64,000 bases of DNA from an uncultured Rivularia sp. Its GTDB lineage: Bacteria > Cyanobacteriota > Cyanobacteriia > Cyanobacteriales > Nostocaceae. The position numbers and the translations under genes are program-made. The DNA lies in assembly GCA_963665115.1 (NCBI GenBank), contig OY762007.1:8160001-8224000 (forward strand), in the 5' to 3' direction. Positions 1-10,649 of this stretch are shown piece by piece (the stretch's first letter is position 1; every line of letters starts with the position of its first letter). The notes beneath the pieces are model-generated. The model did not search any database, was not told the DNA's origin, and saw only the letters and a list, made by a program, of their open reading frames with translations.

Positions 1-1214
1 CCTAATGCTGAAGCTAAAGCCGACCATGCAAAAGTAACTAAGAAAAATACGCTTTGATTTTCGGCTAAGGCAATTACAAATACTGTTGCTGTAACAGTTA
101 AAGTTCCTAATTTTACTATCTTATAAGAATGGGCAAATTGAGGAAAGACATCTTGGGTAAGGGCTGCGGAGCAAGATAGTATCTGTGAATCTGCGGTAGA
201 CATGGTTGCAGAAAATACACCAGCTAACATTAATCCCACTAAGGCGGCTGGTAATAAATTTAAAGCTAACAAAGGTAAAGCTAATTCAGAACCGTTGCTG
301 TTTAACAATTCGGGTAACAGTACTCTTGCTGTTAAACCTACACCAAGGGAAGCGAATGCTGCGATTAAACTGGCGATAGCTTTGATATCGCGGGCTTTTG
401 CAACGTTTTGAGCGTTATCGATCGCCATTGCACGAACCATAATGTGAGGTTGCCCGACTACGCCAAATCCTGCTACTGTCCAACCGAGAAAGAAGGGTAT
501 AAAACCTAATGGTAAATCTGCCGGACTCAAGTTGACTAAAGCTGGATCAATTCCGCCTAGTTGCGTCAAAAGTCCATTGAATCCGCCGCATTTTATAATT
601 GACACAACTAAGAGCAATAGCAACGAAAAAATCATAACTATTGCTTGTATTGTGTCAGTCCAAATTGAGGCGCGGATACCTCCAGAAAAACAGTAGATAA
701 CAACAATTACGGTTCCAATAACAACACCTATCCTATAATCCCAGTTAAAAACTGCACTGAGTGCTTTGCTTCCTGCTGCTAGTTGTGCTGCGGCATAGGT
801 ACCAAGAAAAGCGATGGTAATTAAAGCTGAAATAACTGTAATGACTCGAACACCGTTAGTGTTTTGACCTAGAAAACCCGAAACTGTCTCTGTTTCGGTT
901 TCTTCAGAAATTTCTCTTAGTTTTCTAAAAAAAAGCCACCAAGCAATATAGTCTCCTAAAGCCCAACCAATGCTTAGCCAAATTGAAGAAATTCCTATTT
1001 TATAGGCGTAACCAACTTGACCTATAAATAAGAAACCACTTTGTCCGGTTGACATCGCCGAAAGTGCTGTAAACCAAGGATTTACACTTCTTCCTGCCAA
1101 AAGGTAATCGGTAGTATTATTCTGCTTTTGAGTTGCCGAATAGATTCCGACTCCGGTAAACAAAAGCATAAACCCAATGAAAGTAATCGCAATCCAAATT
1201 TGATTTGTCGTCAT
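1..1214 (-). CDS. Sodium:solute (proline-type) symporter, SSS family; runs off the window edge
   Basis: Hand-translated from ATG at 1214: MTTNQIWIAITFIGFMLLFTGVGIYS...DYLLAGRSVNPWFTALSAMSTGQSGFLFIG...SGGIRASIWTDTIQ; PutP-like motifs. Missing from the ORF track because the stop lies outside the window. Confidence 0.88.
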   Translation of the reverse strand, partial: MTTNQIWIAITFIGFMLLFTGVGIYSATQKQNNTTDYLLAGRSVNPWFTALSAMSTGQSGFLFIGQVGYAYKIGISSIWLSIGWALGDYIAWWLFFRKLREISEETETETVSGFLGQNTNGVRVITVISALITIAFLGTYAAAQLAAGSKALSAVFNWDYRIGVVIGTVIVVIYCFSGGIRASIWTDTIQAIVMIFSLLLLLVVSIIKCGGFNGLLTQLGGIDPALVNLSPADLPLGFIPFFLGWTVAGFGVVGQPHIMVRAMAIDNAQNVAKARDIKAIASLIAAFASLGVGLTARVLLPELLNSNGSELALPLLALNLLPAALVGLMLAGVFSATMSTADSQILSCSAALTQDVFPQFAHSYKIVKLGTLTVTATVFVIALAENQSVFFLVTFAWSALASAL

Positions 1215-1888
1215 ATTGCTTTGTAGATAGTGAAATTTTTATTTATTATTTTTCATGATTAGGGTTTTCGCCAAGTGAAAGAAGATTCATGGTTCATATT
1301 TTACTTTTAACTTTTTGCTTAAGTTAGGAACAATGATAAATCATGAAATGTCTTTTATTTTTAGATCGGCGATGTTGATTTGTTCAATTTTGTATTAATG
1401 TAAATAAATGTTTATTCTTCTTCACGGAGCAGATTATACAAAATTTAAATTAAAAACAAATATAAAATGATAAAACCAAAATTATTAACGCAATCAATAA
1501 TCGATAGTTGTTCAATAAATTTAAAAAGGCGGGTGAATTCTTCATGTTATAGAAGTAGCAGTAACTGGATGACAGCAGATATAATATACTTATTGTATAT
1601 CAAGGTAGCAATCAAAACAGCCTGTATTATAGTGTTAAAAATATAACTTAAGAAATGCATATAAACTAGCGACAAGTACATACAAATACATAATACGAAA
1701 GACTTCACAACTTCTTAAAAATATTGTTATGTTTTAGTGACTATCGAAAAAATTTGCACTCATTCGCATTCGATAGTACTCGAAGAAAAATTTTAGATTT
1801 TAGATATTAATTCATAGTTTTAAGCCCCAGAATTTATTCTTGAGGCTAATCCAAATTCTCTAAAAGTAATTTCCCAAAATATATAATA

Positions 1889-3370
1889 ATGGACTTACAA
1901 CCACCAATACCGTCGAACGAGCTAGCAAGATTAGCAGCACTTCGTCAATATCAAATACTTGATACTGCTCCAGAAAAAGTGTTTGATGATTTTACTTTTT
2001 TGGCCGCACAGATTTGTCGTACTCCCATTGCCTTAATTAGTTTTGTCGATGGCGATCGCCAGTGGTTCAAATCAAAAGTCGGTGTAGATGTAGACTGCAC
2101 TCCGAGGGATGTAGCTTTCTGCGCTTACACCATCATGCAGCAGCAACCATTGGTAGTCCCTAATGCTTTGAACGATTCTAGATTTGCAAGTAATCCCTTA
2201 GTTGCCAATGCCCCCGATATCCGGTTTTATGCTGGCGCACCTTTGGTTACACCAGAAGGATATGGCATCGGAACCTTATGTGTAGTTGATACAGTACCAC
2301 GGGATTTAAGTTTAGAACAGCAAGAAGGATTGAGAGCATTAAGCAATCAGGTAATAGCCCAGTTAGAAATGCGACGTAACGTTATTACCGTATCTCGTAA
2401 CGTCATGCAGCGACAGCAGCAAGAAGCAGAAATGCGCCGTCAGCATGAGTTTATCGAAGTTATTTATCGTCGGGGATTAGATAAAATTCAAAAAGGCGAT
2501 TATGAAGCAGCAATAGCAGATTTTAGCCAGTATTTACAGTTGAAGCCCAATGGAATTAAAGCTCACTATCAAAGAGGATTAGCCCTTCACAAATTAGCAG
2601 ACTATCAAGGTGCGATCGCAGATTTGAACAAATTTGTGCAATACAATCCCAATCACGCTGAAGCTAGATACAGTCGGGGACTTATCCGTTCCGAATTAGG
2701 AGATTACAACGGAGCCACAGCCGATTATACAAAAGCTATGAGCATCAATCCCGACTACATTAATAATCAAAGTTCGGGGTTACTTCTTCCTCAAAGCGAA
2801 GACAACCATCAAAGAATAGCTTTAGATTCGATTGACACTGGATCGATTGCATCCGATCGTACAGTTACCGTTGATTCTAATATTATTAGTTCCGAACTTA
2901 GTAGCGAATATCATCGAACAATTTCTGAATCAACTGAAGTTCTACCATCTCCTCTTCAAAATCCACAAGATTATATAAGTTTAGGCAACGATTATTATAA
3001 AAATGGAGAATATAGTAAAGCATTAGAAAATTATACTCTTGCTTTGAAATCAAATAGTAATGATGCCAGAATTTATTTAAATCGCGGCAATGCTAATTAT
3101 AATTTGAAAAAATATGGTGAAGCAATTGAGGATTACACCCAAACCTTACGGATGAATCCTAAAAATGACAAAGCTTATATAGGATTAGGCAATACTTGTG
3201 TCAAACTAAAAAATTACGATAAAGCTATTGAATACTACACTAAAGCTTTGATGGTAAATCCCAGCAACGACAAAGCTTATATAAGCCGGGGTAATGCTCG
3301 TTCTAAATTAAAAGATTACACCGGAGCGATGGAAGATTATAAAAAGGTATGGGCTGGGAAGAAGGGATAG
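1889..3370 (+). CDS. GAF domain + TPR repeat protein
   Basis: N-terminal GAF (ARLAALRQYQILDT...IRFYAGAPL...GTLCVVD) followed by two TPR clusters separated by a Ser-rich linker. Confidence 0.85.
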   Translation: MDLQPPIPSNELARLAALRQYQILDTAPEKVFDDFTFLAAQICRTPIALISFVDGDRQWFKSKVGVDVDCTPRDVAFCAYTIMQQQPLVVPNALNDSRFASNPLVANAPDIRFYAGAPLVTPEGYGIGTLCVVDTVPRDLSLEQQEGLRALSNQVIAQLEMRRNVITVSRNVMQRQQQEAEMRRQHEFIEVIYRRGLDKIQKGDYEAAIADFSQYLQLKPNGIKAHYQRGLALHKLADYQGAIADLNKFVQYNPNHAEARYSRGLIRSELGDYNGATADYTKAMSINPDYINNQSSGLLLPQSEDNHQRIALDSIDTGSIASDRTVTVDSNIISSELSSEYHRTISESTEVLPSPLQNPQDYISLGNDYYKNGEYSKALENYTLALKSNSNDARIYLNRGNANYNLKKYGEAIEDYTQTLRMNPKNDKAYIGLGNTCVKLKNYDKAIEYYTKALMVNPSNDKAYISRGNARSKLKDYTGAMEDYKKVWAGKKG

Positions 3371-4625
3371 GGAGATGGGGGATGGGGAGATCAGGGGATG
3401 ATAATTCACTACTCACTACTCTTAATTCCTAACTCCCAACTCCTAACCTTTAGATGCTTCGTCTAAAGGTAATTGATGGGTAATTACAAAAGATGGATAT
3501 ATTGTCAATTACCAATTATCAAAGAGTAGTTAATTGATAATTAATAACTACTAAATGATTAAACAGCAGTACCCGTAGTAGGTTTTGCTGGTTTTAATTC
3601 ACTACCCGTTTTGCTCTGTAAAGCTCTACCAAATGCTGTTCGTTAGCGATTAAATCTTTTTGGATATTGGTGAAGATTTCAGTTGTCACTGGATCTGTAT
3701 ATGCTGCCATCATACTACCGACATCATGTATTGCTGTTTGCAAATCGCCCAAAGCGCAGCGAATTTGATGGACATCATCGCTACCCTTGATGGCATTTTT
3801 TACCTTGGCATAACCTTCAGCAATCTTTGTAGTCAAAGATGGTTTTTCATCAAGTTGGTTTAGGCGTGATTCTAATCTTTGAATATGAACTTCCTTGCTA
3901 GCAATCATCTCATGAAACAGAGATTTTATAGCCGCATCTGATTCTTTTTCGGCGTACTTTTGTAAAGCTTCGCGAGAATAACGCTCTCCAGCTAAAACAG
4001 AATTCAAACCACTAACAATATCGCTTTTATGAGAACCACCCCAAGCATCTGCGATTTTCCACCATTCAGCATTTGGGTCATTTTCGGGAGGTAAATCAAC
4101 TTCTTTGCCACCATAACCCAAACGGCTTAAAATCGCGGTACAAAAAATTGCTAAATCTCCAGGTTGACGGGAAGTAATTAAGTTACCATCTACCACCAAA
4201 GGCTTATCTTCATAACTAGCACCAGCATTAACCATGTCTTTGCGAATAGCGCTGAAACCAGTAGCTGTTTTACCCTTGAGCAAATCACCTTCAATTAATA
4301 ATTGCGGTCCGTGACATACAGCAGCGACGATTTTACCTTGACTCATCGCTTCTTCTACAAAGCGGACGGTGTTAGGATTGCGACGCATTTTATCGGGAGC
4401 CATTCCTCCGGGAATAACTACCGCATCAAAATCAGAAGCCACTGCTTCGGTGGTAGTTCCATCCGCTTCCTGAGAAACTTTACCTTTTTTACCTTTATAG
4501 GCTTCGTTCATCCGAGAACCTAAAACAGATACTTCCATACCCGCTTGCTTTAAAGCTTTGTAGGGAAGTTGAAATTCTGAATCTTCTACACCATTTTCAA
4601 TTAAAATTGCAACTTTCTTTTTTAC

Positions 4626-5954
4626 CGAAAATAATGGGTCTAAAGCCCCGTCTTTCTAAAACGGCTTTTTATTTATTTTCCAACATTATACCGTTTGTGA
4701 TAGTATAACGATGGAGGTGATACCATGCTAGTTTTTGAATTTAAAACATACGGAAAATTAAAGCAGTACTCAGCCGTTAACGAAGCAATTCGTACAGCCC
4801 AATTCGTCCGAAACAGTTGCATCCGTTTATGGATAGACAATAAAGGAACGGGTAAAAACGATTTGCAGAAATATTGCGCTGTACTTGCTAAACAATTTTC
4901 GTTTGCAAATGAACTTAATTCAATGGCTAGACAAGCTAGTGCAGAACGAGCATGGTCATCAATAAACCGTTTCTATGAAAACTGTAGAAAAGGTATAGCA
5001 GGGAAAAAAGGTTTCCCAAAGTTTCAAAAAGATTGCCGTTCTGTTGAATACAAAACTTCGGGATGGAAACTTGCTCCTGATCGTAAATCGATAACTTTCT
5101 CTGGCAAAAAAGGAATTGGAAGATTAAAGCTAAAAGGCACTCGCGACCTGCACTTTTATCAAATCAACCAGATAAAGCGGGTTCGATTAGTGAGGCGTGC
5201 TGATGGTGTTTACGTCCAATTCTGTGTTGATGTAAATCGTTCAGAAGATATTCAATCCACGGGAAAAACAGTTGGGTTAGACGTTGGACTAAAAGAATAC
5301 TACACCGATTCAAATGGTGAAGTGATTAAAAATCCAATGTTTTTTCGTGCCGGGGAAAAGGTTCTCAAACGTTTTCAGCGTCGTGTTTCTAAAAAAGTCA
5401 AAGGTTCGAGCAATAGAAGAAAAGCAAGACACAATGCGGGTAAACGGCATCTCAAAATAAGTAGGCAACGTAAAGACCATGCTGTGAAATTAGCGCGGTG
5501 CGTAGTTCAGTCTAACGACTTGATAGCCTATGAAGATTTGAGAATAAAAAATATGGTGAAAAATCATTGTTTATCTAAATCAATAAACGATGCGTCTTGG
5601 TATCAGTTTCGTTGCTCGATTGAATACTTCGGGAAAGTATTTAAGCGTGTAACGGTTGCGGTTAATCCGCAATATACTTCTCAAGAATGCTCTAGCTGCG
5701 GCACAATTGTTAAAAAGACTTTATCAACTCGCACGCATATTTGTAGATGTGGCTGTGAGATGGATCGTGATGAAAATGCAGCTAGGAATATCCTTAATCG
5801 AGGATTGAGTACCGTAGGGCATACGGGAACTTTTGCACTGGACGCAGAAAACGCTTGGGGAGATGAAACCTCTACTCATGTTGGTGAAAACCTGCATGAG
5901 CAAGTTATATCTTAGATCCAAGAATCCCCGTGCGTTCACGCCGGGGAGTGTCAA
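4626..5954 (+). mobile_element. Non-autonomous IS200/IS605-family element (tnpB only, no tnpA)
   Basis: TTAC at 4622-4625 just outside the left end; AAAG + hairpin (ccccgtctttctaaaacgg) near the left end; GAAT + hairpin (ccccgtgcgttcacgccgggg) then terminal TCAA at 5951-5954; no target duplication. Confidence 0.9.
4725..5915 (+). CDS. tnpB: RNA-guided endonuclease TnpB
   Basis: RuvC-I VGLDVGL, RuvC-II AYEDL, zinc finger CSSCG..CRCGC, RuvC-III DRDENAARNI; GGAGG RBS upstream. Confidence 0.95.
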   Translation: MLVFEFKTYGKLKQYSAVNEAIRTAQFVRNSCIRLWIDNKGTGKNDLQKYCAVLAKQFSFANELNSMARQASAERAWSSINRFYENCRKGIAGKKGFPKFQKDCRSVEYKTSGWKLAPDRKSITFSGKKGIGRLKLKGTRDLHFYQINQIKRVRLVRRADGVYVQFCVDVNRSEDIQSTGKTVGLDVGLKEYYTDSNGEVIKNPMFFRAGEKVLKRFQRRVSKKVKGSSNRRKARHNAGKRHLKISRQRKDHAVKLARCVVQSNDLIAYEDLRIKNMVKNHCLSKSINDASWYQFRCSIEYFGKVFKRVTVAVNPQYTSQECSSCGTIVKKTLSTRTHICRCGCEMDRDENAARNILNRGLSTVGHTGTFALDAENAWGDETSTHVGENLHEQVIS

Positions 5955-6402
5955 ATCATTACTATTTGTAGATACCATATTTCTCCTGTTTTTCCTTGTT
6001 AATGTTTAATCAAGTATATTTTTGAGAGATCGGCTTAGAACCCATAAATCAAATTTTGAATTATATAGTTATTTAGTATTCCAACCATTTTCTCTATTTT
6101 GTCTCTACCGTTATTCCCTATTCCCGATTAACTATTCCCCCACTCCCTTTTAACAAAAAAAAGCGATGAATCAACATTTATAGCTTTTTGGCAATAACGA
6201 TTAAATGTTGAATCATAGCTAATAGTAATTCTGTGAGGTTGCGTTTGTATGGATTATCACTTACTACGATATGCATCGGTGAAATATTTAACTTCGTTCG
6301 CTGGGGAGATATTTTTTTACAACTTTGGTTATAGTTCTTTCGGAAGAGAAATAGTTATAAATATTGAGCTATCGTGATAATGCACTAAAGAACCAAAGTA
6401 TT

Positions 6403-6819
6403 ATGAGCGAACAAAAAAATAAAAAGGAGCAGAATATCAATAGTGAAGCTCAAGCAAGCGATTTACCTCAAGAAATAACCGAGTCATACGGAACCGGAGT
6501 TCATCAGCAGCCAGGAATCAATGCTGGTGAAAGAGCAATAAATCAAGAATTAAATCAATATAATGCAACAAATCCTTCATTAACCGGAGGTGATGTTGAT
6601 GCTTATTGGCAAGGTGCAAACTCCGTTGGTGATGAAGCAGTTGGTGGAACTGTTGCAACTCCCGATAAAAATGTGACGGAAGAATTAGGAAAAGCAGTTG
6701 GTTTGGAAATGGATGATAAGCAACCTCTGCAAACAAATGATATTTTAGATAGACGGGACGAGCAACGCTGGGAATTAGATCCTAAATCGTCCGAAGATTA
6801 TCAAAATCACCCTAAATAA
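6403..6819 (+). CDS. DUF6335-like conserved cyanobacterial protein
   Basis: LTGGDVDA.W...VGDEAVGG...TPD..V.EELG.AVG and RRD..RWELDP.S motifs; ATG at 6403 preferred over TTG at 6364. Confidence 0.75.
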   Translation: MSEQKNKKEQNINSEAQASDLPQEITESYGTGVHQQPGINAGERAINQELNQYNATNPSLTGGDVDAYWQGANSVGDEAVGGTVATPDKNVTEELGKAVGLEMDDKQPLQTNDILDRRDEQRWELDPKSSEDYQNHPK

Positions 6820-6895
6820 ATAGGGAATAGGAAACTCTTAACAGGGAATAGAAATAATCTGATATATAGAAATCAACTAATTATTCCCACTAACT

Positions 6896-6930
6896 AAGAA
6901 ACCTGGTTTTTTTAAAAGCCGGGTTTTTCA
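6896..6930. terminator. Putative hairpin terminator
   Basis: aaacctggttttt-ttaaaagccgggttttt inverted repeat with T-tail downstream of the 6403-6819 gene. Confidence 0.5.
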
Positions 6931-6938
6931 AATTTATT

Positions 6939-7024
6939 GGGACTTAAGTAACCGCAAATTAAGTATTGCAGCTGCTAATAACCCCCAAACCCCCGATGCT
7001 TTGAGGGGCTTTGCATAAGTCCTG
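6939..7024. mobile_element. Degenerate MITE with Nezha-like terminal repeats
   Basis: gggacttaagta ... tgcataagtcctg imperfect terminal inverted repeats resembling CAGGACTTACGCA. Confidence 0.4.
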
Positions 7025-7249
7025 TCTTAATTACTAATTACCAATTACCAATTACCAATTACAAATTACCAATTCTTTCATCTCAAAAAACTGCACTTTT
7101 TAAAATCATCGCTTGGTTGAAATTATTTTTTGGATAAATACCCTTTACGACATCAATACATCTGTCTTCAGTAGGGTTAAATACTCAATGCTGCTTTGAT
7201 ACGGTTGAAGTTAATAGATAGAAAAAATTTGTTGCAATCGGAGTATATT

Positions 7250-7741
7250 ATGGACGCTACACAAACTAACGACCCTAAAGTTCGCGAAATAGTTCAATCA
7301 ATCCAAAAACTAGGTGTAGATGAACAGCTAGCTTTGTTTTATTTCATCTATAAAGAAATGGGTGATTCAATTACACCTGCTGCACCTGGTGCTAGTACAG
7401 TTTCTCCAGCAGTTGCCGACGGTTTATTTAATCAAGTAAAAGAATTATCTCACGAAGAACAATTACAACTTCAACGCGATTTAATTAACAAAGCCGATAC
7501 CGTACATAGCCGCGAATACGGTTCAATGAGCGATACAACCAAGCTACTATTTTGGTATCGTTTAGCTCAAGGTATGGATGCTAATACTATTATCCCCATG
7601 CCTGCTGGTTACGAAATGTCTTCTCAATCTAAAGAATTGATGGATAAAATCAAGCCCTTAGATTTCGGCGTACAAATGAGTCTTTTCCGCGACTACGTAG
7701 CTCCAATGGGTGCCGATCCAAAACCTGGTGCTTCAGTTTAA
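7250..7741 (+). CDS. Helical carotenoid protein (stand-alone OCP N-terminal domain homolog)
   Basis: DEQLALFYFIYKEMGDSITPAAPGA...EEQLQLQRDL...SREYG...TKLLFWYRLAQGM. Confidence 0.9.
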   Translation: MDATQTNDPKVREIVQSIQKLGVDEQLALFYFIYKEMGDSITPAAPGASTVSPAVADGLFNQVKELSHEEQLQLQRDLINKADTVHSREYGSMSDTTKLLFWYRLAQGMDANTIIPMPAGYEMSSQSKELMDKIKPLDFGVQMSLFRDYVAPMGADPKPGASV

Positions 7742-7742
7742 A

Positions 7743-7844
7743 TAAGCTGATGTGCAGCTAAGTTGTATTAAAAAAAATTTGGGATTATTGTAGTGCGGGC
7801 ATCTTGCCCGCTAGTACTATACAAATTAAGTGCGTTACAGCTTA
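7743..7844. mobile_element. ~100 bp MITE, copy 1
   Basis: TAAGCTG...CAGCTTA termini and internal GTAGTGCGGGCATCTTGCCCGC; an inverted copy lies at 18328-18430. Confidence 0.7.
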
Positions 7845-8058
7845 ACAACTCGTTTTTCTAAAAATTTTGATTCTTTGTAAGATTAATATAACTTCACTTT
7901 AATCGCGATACATATTAATCGTGTAGAGACGTAGCAGTGCTACGTCTTTATTTTTGTTGGTATATGGTTATAGAAAAATATAGTCGTTTGTCTTTTTTTG
8001 TATGCATCAGATATGCTTGAAAGTTGGAATAGCAATTTGAATTCTTCCAATCAACAAT

Positions 8059-8769
8059 ATGACTTTGATTTTAACTAACGATGATGGTATTGATGCTCCG
8101 GGTATTCAAGCACTGCTCAAAGCTGTAGAAAAATCGGCAATTTCATCTGAACTTTTATCTAAGATTATTATCGCCGCTCCTCAAGGACATTTATCTGGTT
8201 GTGGACATCAAGTTACCACCGCGACTGCCTTAACTCTAGAACAACGTTCAGATAATGCATATGCTATAGCAGGTACTCCTGCTGATTGCGTTCGTCTCTC
8301 AATTTCCCATATCTGTCCCGAAATGAAATGGGTACTCTCCGGAATTAACGCTGGGGGAAATATGGGAGTTGATTCTTATATTTCCGGTACTGTAGCTGCG
8401 GTTAGAGAAGCTGCAATGCACGGTATTAAAGGAATAGCAATTTCTCAATACAAGAAAAAAGGCTTGGAATTCAACTGGGATAACTCAACAAAATGGACGG
8501 CTAAACTTCTAGATGACTTATTTAATCGTCCATTACCTTCAGGAAATTTCTGGAACATCAATTTACCCCATCTTCCACCAGAAGCAGCGGAACCCGAAGT
8601 AGTTTTTTGTCGTCCTTGTAACAAACCTCTTCCAGTGAATTATCGTACCGAAGGCGATAAATTTTATTATGTAGGCGAATATGCCAGTCGAGAGAGAACC
8701 CCCGGTAGCGACGTAGATGTATGTTTTTCTGGGAAAATAGCAGTAACTCAATTAGCAGTTAACAGTTAA
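8059..8769 (+). CDS. surE: 5'/3'-nucleotidase SurE
   Basis: LILTNDDGIDAPGI, GTPADCV, SGINAGGN.G, SGTVAA. Confidence 0.93.
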   Translation: MTLILTNDDGIDAPGIQALLKAVEKSAISSELLSKIIIAAPQGHLSGCGHQVTTATALTLEQRSDNAYAIAGTPADCVRLSISHICPEMKWVLSGINAGGNMGVDSYISGTVAAVREAAMHGIKGIAISQYKKKGLEFNWDNSTKWTAKLLDDLFNRPLPSGNFWNINLPHLPPEAAEPEVVFCRPCNKPLPVNYRTEGDKFYYVGEYASRERTPGSDVDVCFSGKIAVTQLAVNS

Positions 8770-8941
8770 CAATTATCAATTATCAATTATCACCTGTCAG
8801 GTGTGAATCATAAGTAGTCATAAGAAAAATATTTATTGATGTATCAGCGTTCCTCTAAGCTTAATTCCCAAGCAGGATAATTTGCATTTAACAAAGCATA
8901 ACGACTTAATTATTCATTGATAATTGTTTATTGATAATTGA

Positions 8942-9244
8942 TTACTCTTCATCCGCTTCCAAAACAATCATCAAACGATTTAAGGTTTGCGTTAATTGAG
9001 TAAGTCTTTGCAGAGAATCGTCTTGCCCTTCTGCAAGAGTTTGCACGGCATCGCACAATGCCAAGATTTGATAACCTTGCTGCTGTACCTGCTTTCCCTG
9101 CTCTTCTACTTGTACGCTTAAATTATCGACTCGATCGGAAAGACGTTCTATTGTCTCAGTGGTAGCCAGTACGGCTTCGCCAATTTGCTCCACTATTGAC
9201 TCCAAACGTCCTACTTTTACTTTGTCTGCTCCGGTTGCAACCAT
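8942..9244 (-). CDS. Hypothetical coiled-coil protein
   Basis: Heptad-rich ORF; ATG at 9244 assumed (the ORF is open back to 9304). Confidence 0.6.
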   Translation of the reverse strand: MVATGADKVKVGRLESIVEQIGEAVLATTETIERLSDRVDNLSVQVEEQGKQVQQQGYQILALCDAVQTLAEGQDDSLQRLTQLTQTLNRLMIVLEADEE

Positions 9245-9895
9245 TTTTAGCACCTTAATTTTTGAGATCGCACCACTGTGGAACTGCCGTTCATCCCCAA
9301 CCACAATGTAAATATTTTGTAGTACTTTTGTAAGTAATACTTAAAAAGGGATGCTATTATCATGTTTCCCAAAACATTGAATGAAATGCACATAAAGGGA
9401 GTTGACAAGGAATAATTAATTCCCTTTAATAAGCGGTAAATGTATTCAAATACTCATCCCAATAGCTTCACATATATGTTTGAAGAATTGTATCACCTCT
9501 TACCCGTAAACTATGTTTTGACTGCATTGATATTCTTTTTCTGTAGTTTATAAGCCTTACCATACAACCAAAGTATTAGTAAAATCAATAATTAAATCGA
9601 TAAGTTCTACTTGATACGTTAGATAGATTTTAGATATCAAACAACCATTAAGGCTTACGCATTGACTAGGTAGCAAATTTTCAAATATCGGGTTGTTAGA
9701 TTGCCATAATTGTTTTGATGCATCTACCTTAAGAGATATTTATTATTCTTTATCTAAAGTTTATAAATGATGGTTATTCTTATGAAATAAATGAAGATTC
9801 AGCAAATATACGGGGACAGACTGTCGATCGGATAAAGCTAAGTCTATATTCAAGATATTGTTACGTAGGAATACGTTTCTCGCTTAAAACTTAGT

Positions 9896-10580
9896 TTGGC
9901 TGCGTTCCAATTACCGATGATAAGTCTTCTTAAAGGTGCGAATTCTCATACTTGGGTTCCGCAAATTACCCCTCATCCTTCAGTAAGTTCTAGATTCAAG
10001 CGTTTTCTAGATATTTTAGGAAGTATGGTGGGTTTTGTGGTTTTAGCGGTTGTATTTTTGCCGATTGCGATCGCCATCAAAATTGATAGTCCCTGGTCCG
10101 ATTTTCTTTGCACAGGAAAGATACGGACTTTACGGAAATACATTTCGCATTCGTAAATTTCGTTCAATGGTTTCAGATGCGGAACAATTAAAATCGAAGG
10201 TACAAAATGAAGCTAACGGACAGTTCTTTAAAAGTAAGAATGATTTTCGGGTTACAAAGATAGGACGTTTTTTGCGAAGCACGAGTTTAGACGAACTTCC
10301 TCAGTTTTGGAACGTTTTTATTGGTGAAATGAGTTTAGTTGGAACTCGTCCCCCCACGGGTGATGAAGTTAGCCGTTACTCCGAGCATCACTGGCAACGT
10401 TTACACGTCAAACCCGGTTTAACGGGGGAATGGCAGGTAAACGGACGTTCGCACATTAAAGATTTCGAGCAAGTATTCGAGTTAGACTTGCAATATCAAA
10501 CAAAGTGGCATCAATTTTACGATTTATCGTTGATTTGTAAAACAATCTATGTAATTTTTGCCCGTATAGGAGCGTTTTAA
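9896..10580 (+). CDS. Priming sugar (phospho)transferase, WcaJ/CpsE C-terminal type; apparent frameshift at ~10092
   Basis: KRFLDILGS...IKIDS/PGPIFFAQER...KFRSM...RVTKIGRFLRSTSLDELPQFWNV..GEMSLVGTRP...KPGLTG split across two frames at CCC. Confidence 0.88.
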
Positions 10581-10649
10581 ATCAATTATCAATTATCAAC
10601 GATCGAGGAATAATTAATTGATAATTGATAATTGTTCACTGTTAATTGT

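Larger units (their letters stand above)
3594..5978 (-). pseudogene. PfpI/DJ-1 family protein with C-terminal ferritin-like helical domain, interrupted near its 5' end by a tnpB element
   Basis: PGG..APD and VCHGP nucleophile motifs. The frame extends upstream of 4538 (VKKKVAILIENGVEDSEF) to 4625 and rejoins in frame with MVSTNSND at 5955-5978 across the insertion. Confidence 0.88.

Noticed and set aside
202..411. 69-aa plus-strand ORF
   Set aside because: Antisense to the sodium:solute symporter
4626..5954. IStron (self-splicing intron + tnpB) rescuing pfpI
   Set aside because: Only ~100 bp precede tnpB, leaving no room for a group I intron core, and the element is antisense to the host gene
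5724..5978. 84-aa minus-strand ORF
   Set aside because: It is the first 8 codons of pfpI reading into the tnpB right end, not a separate gene
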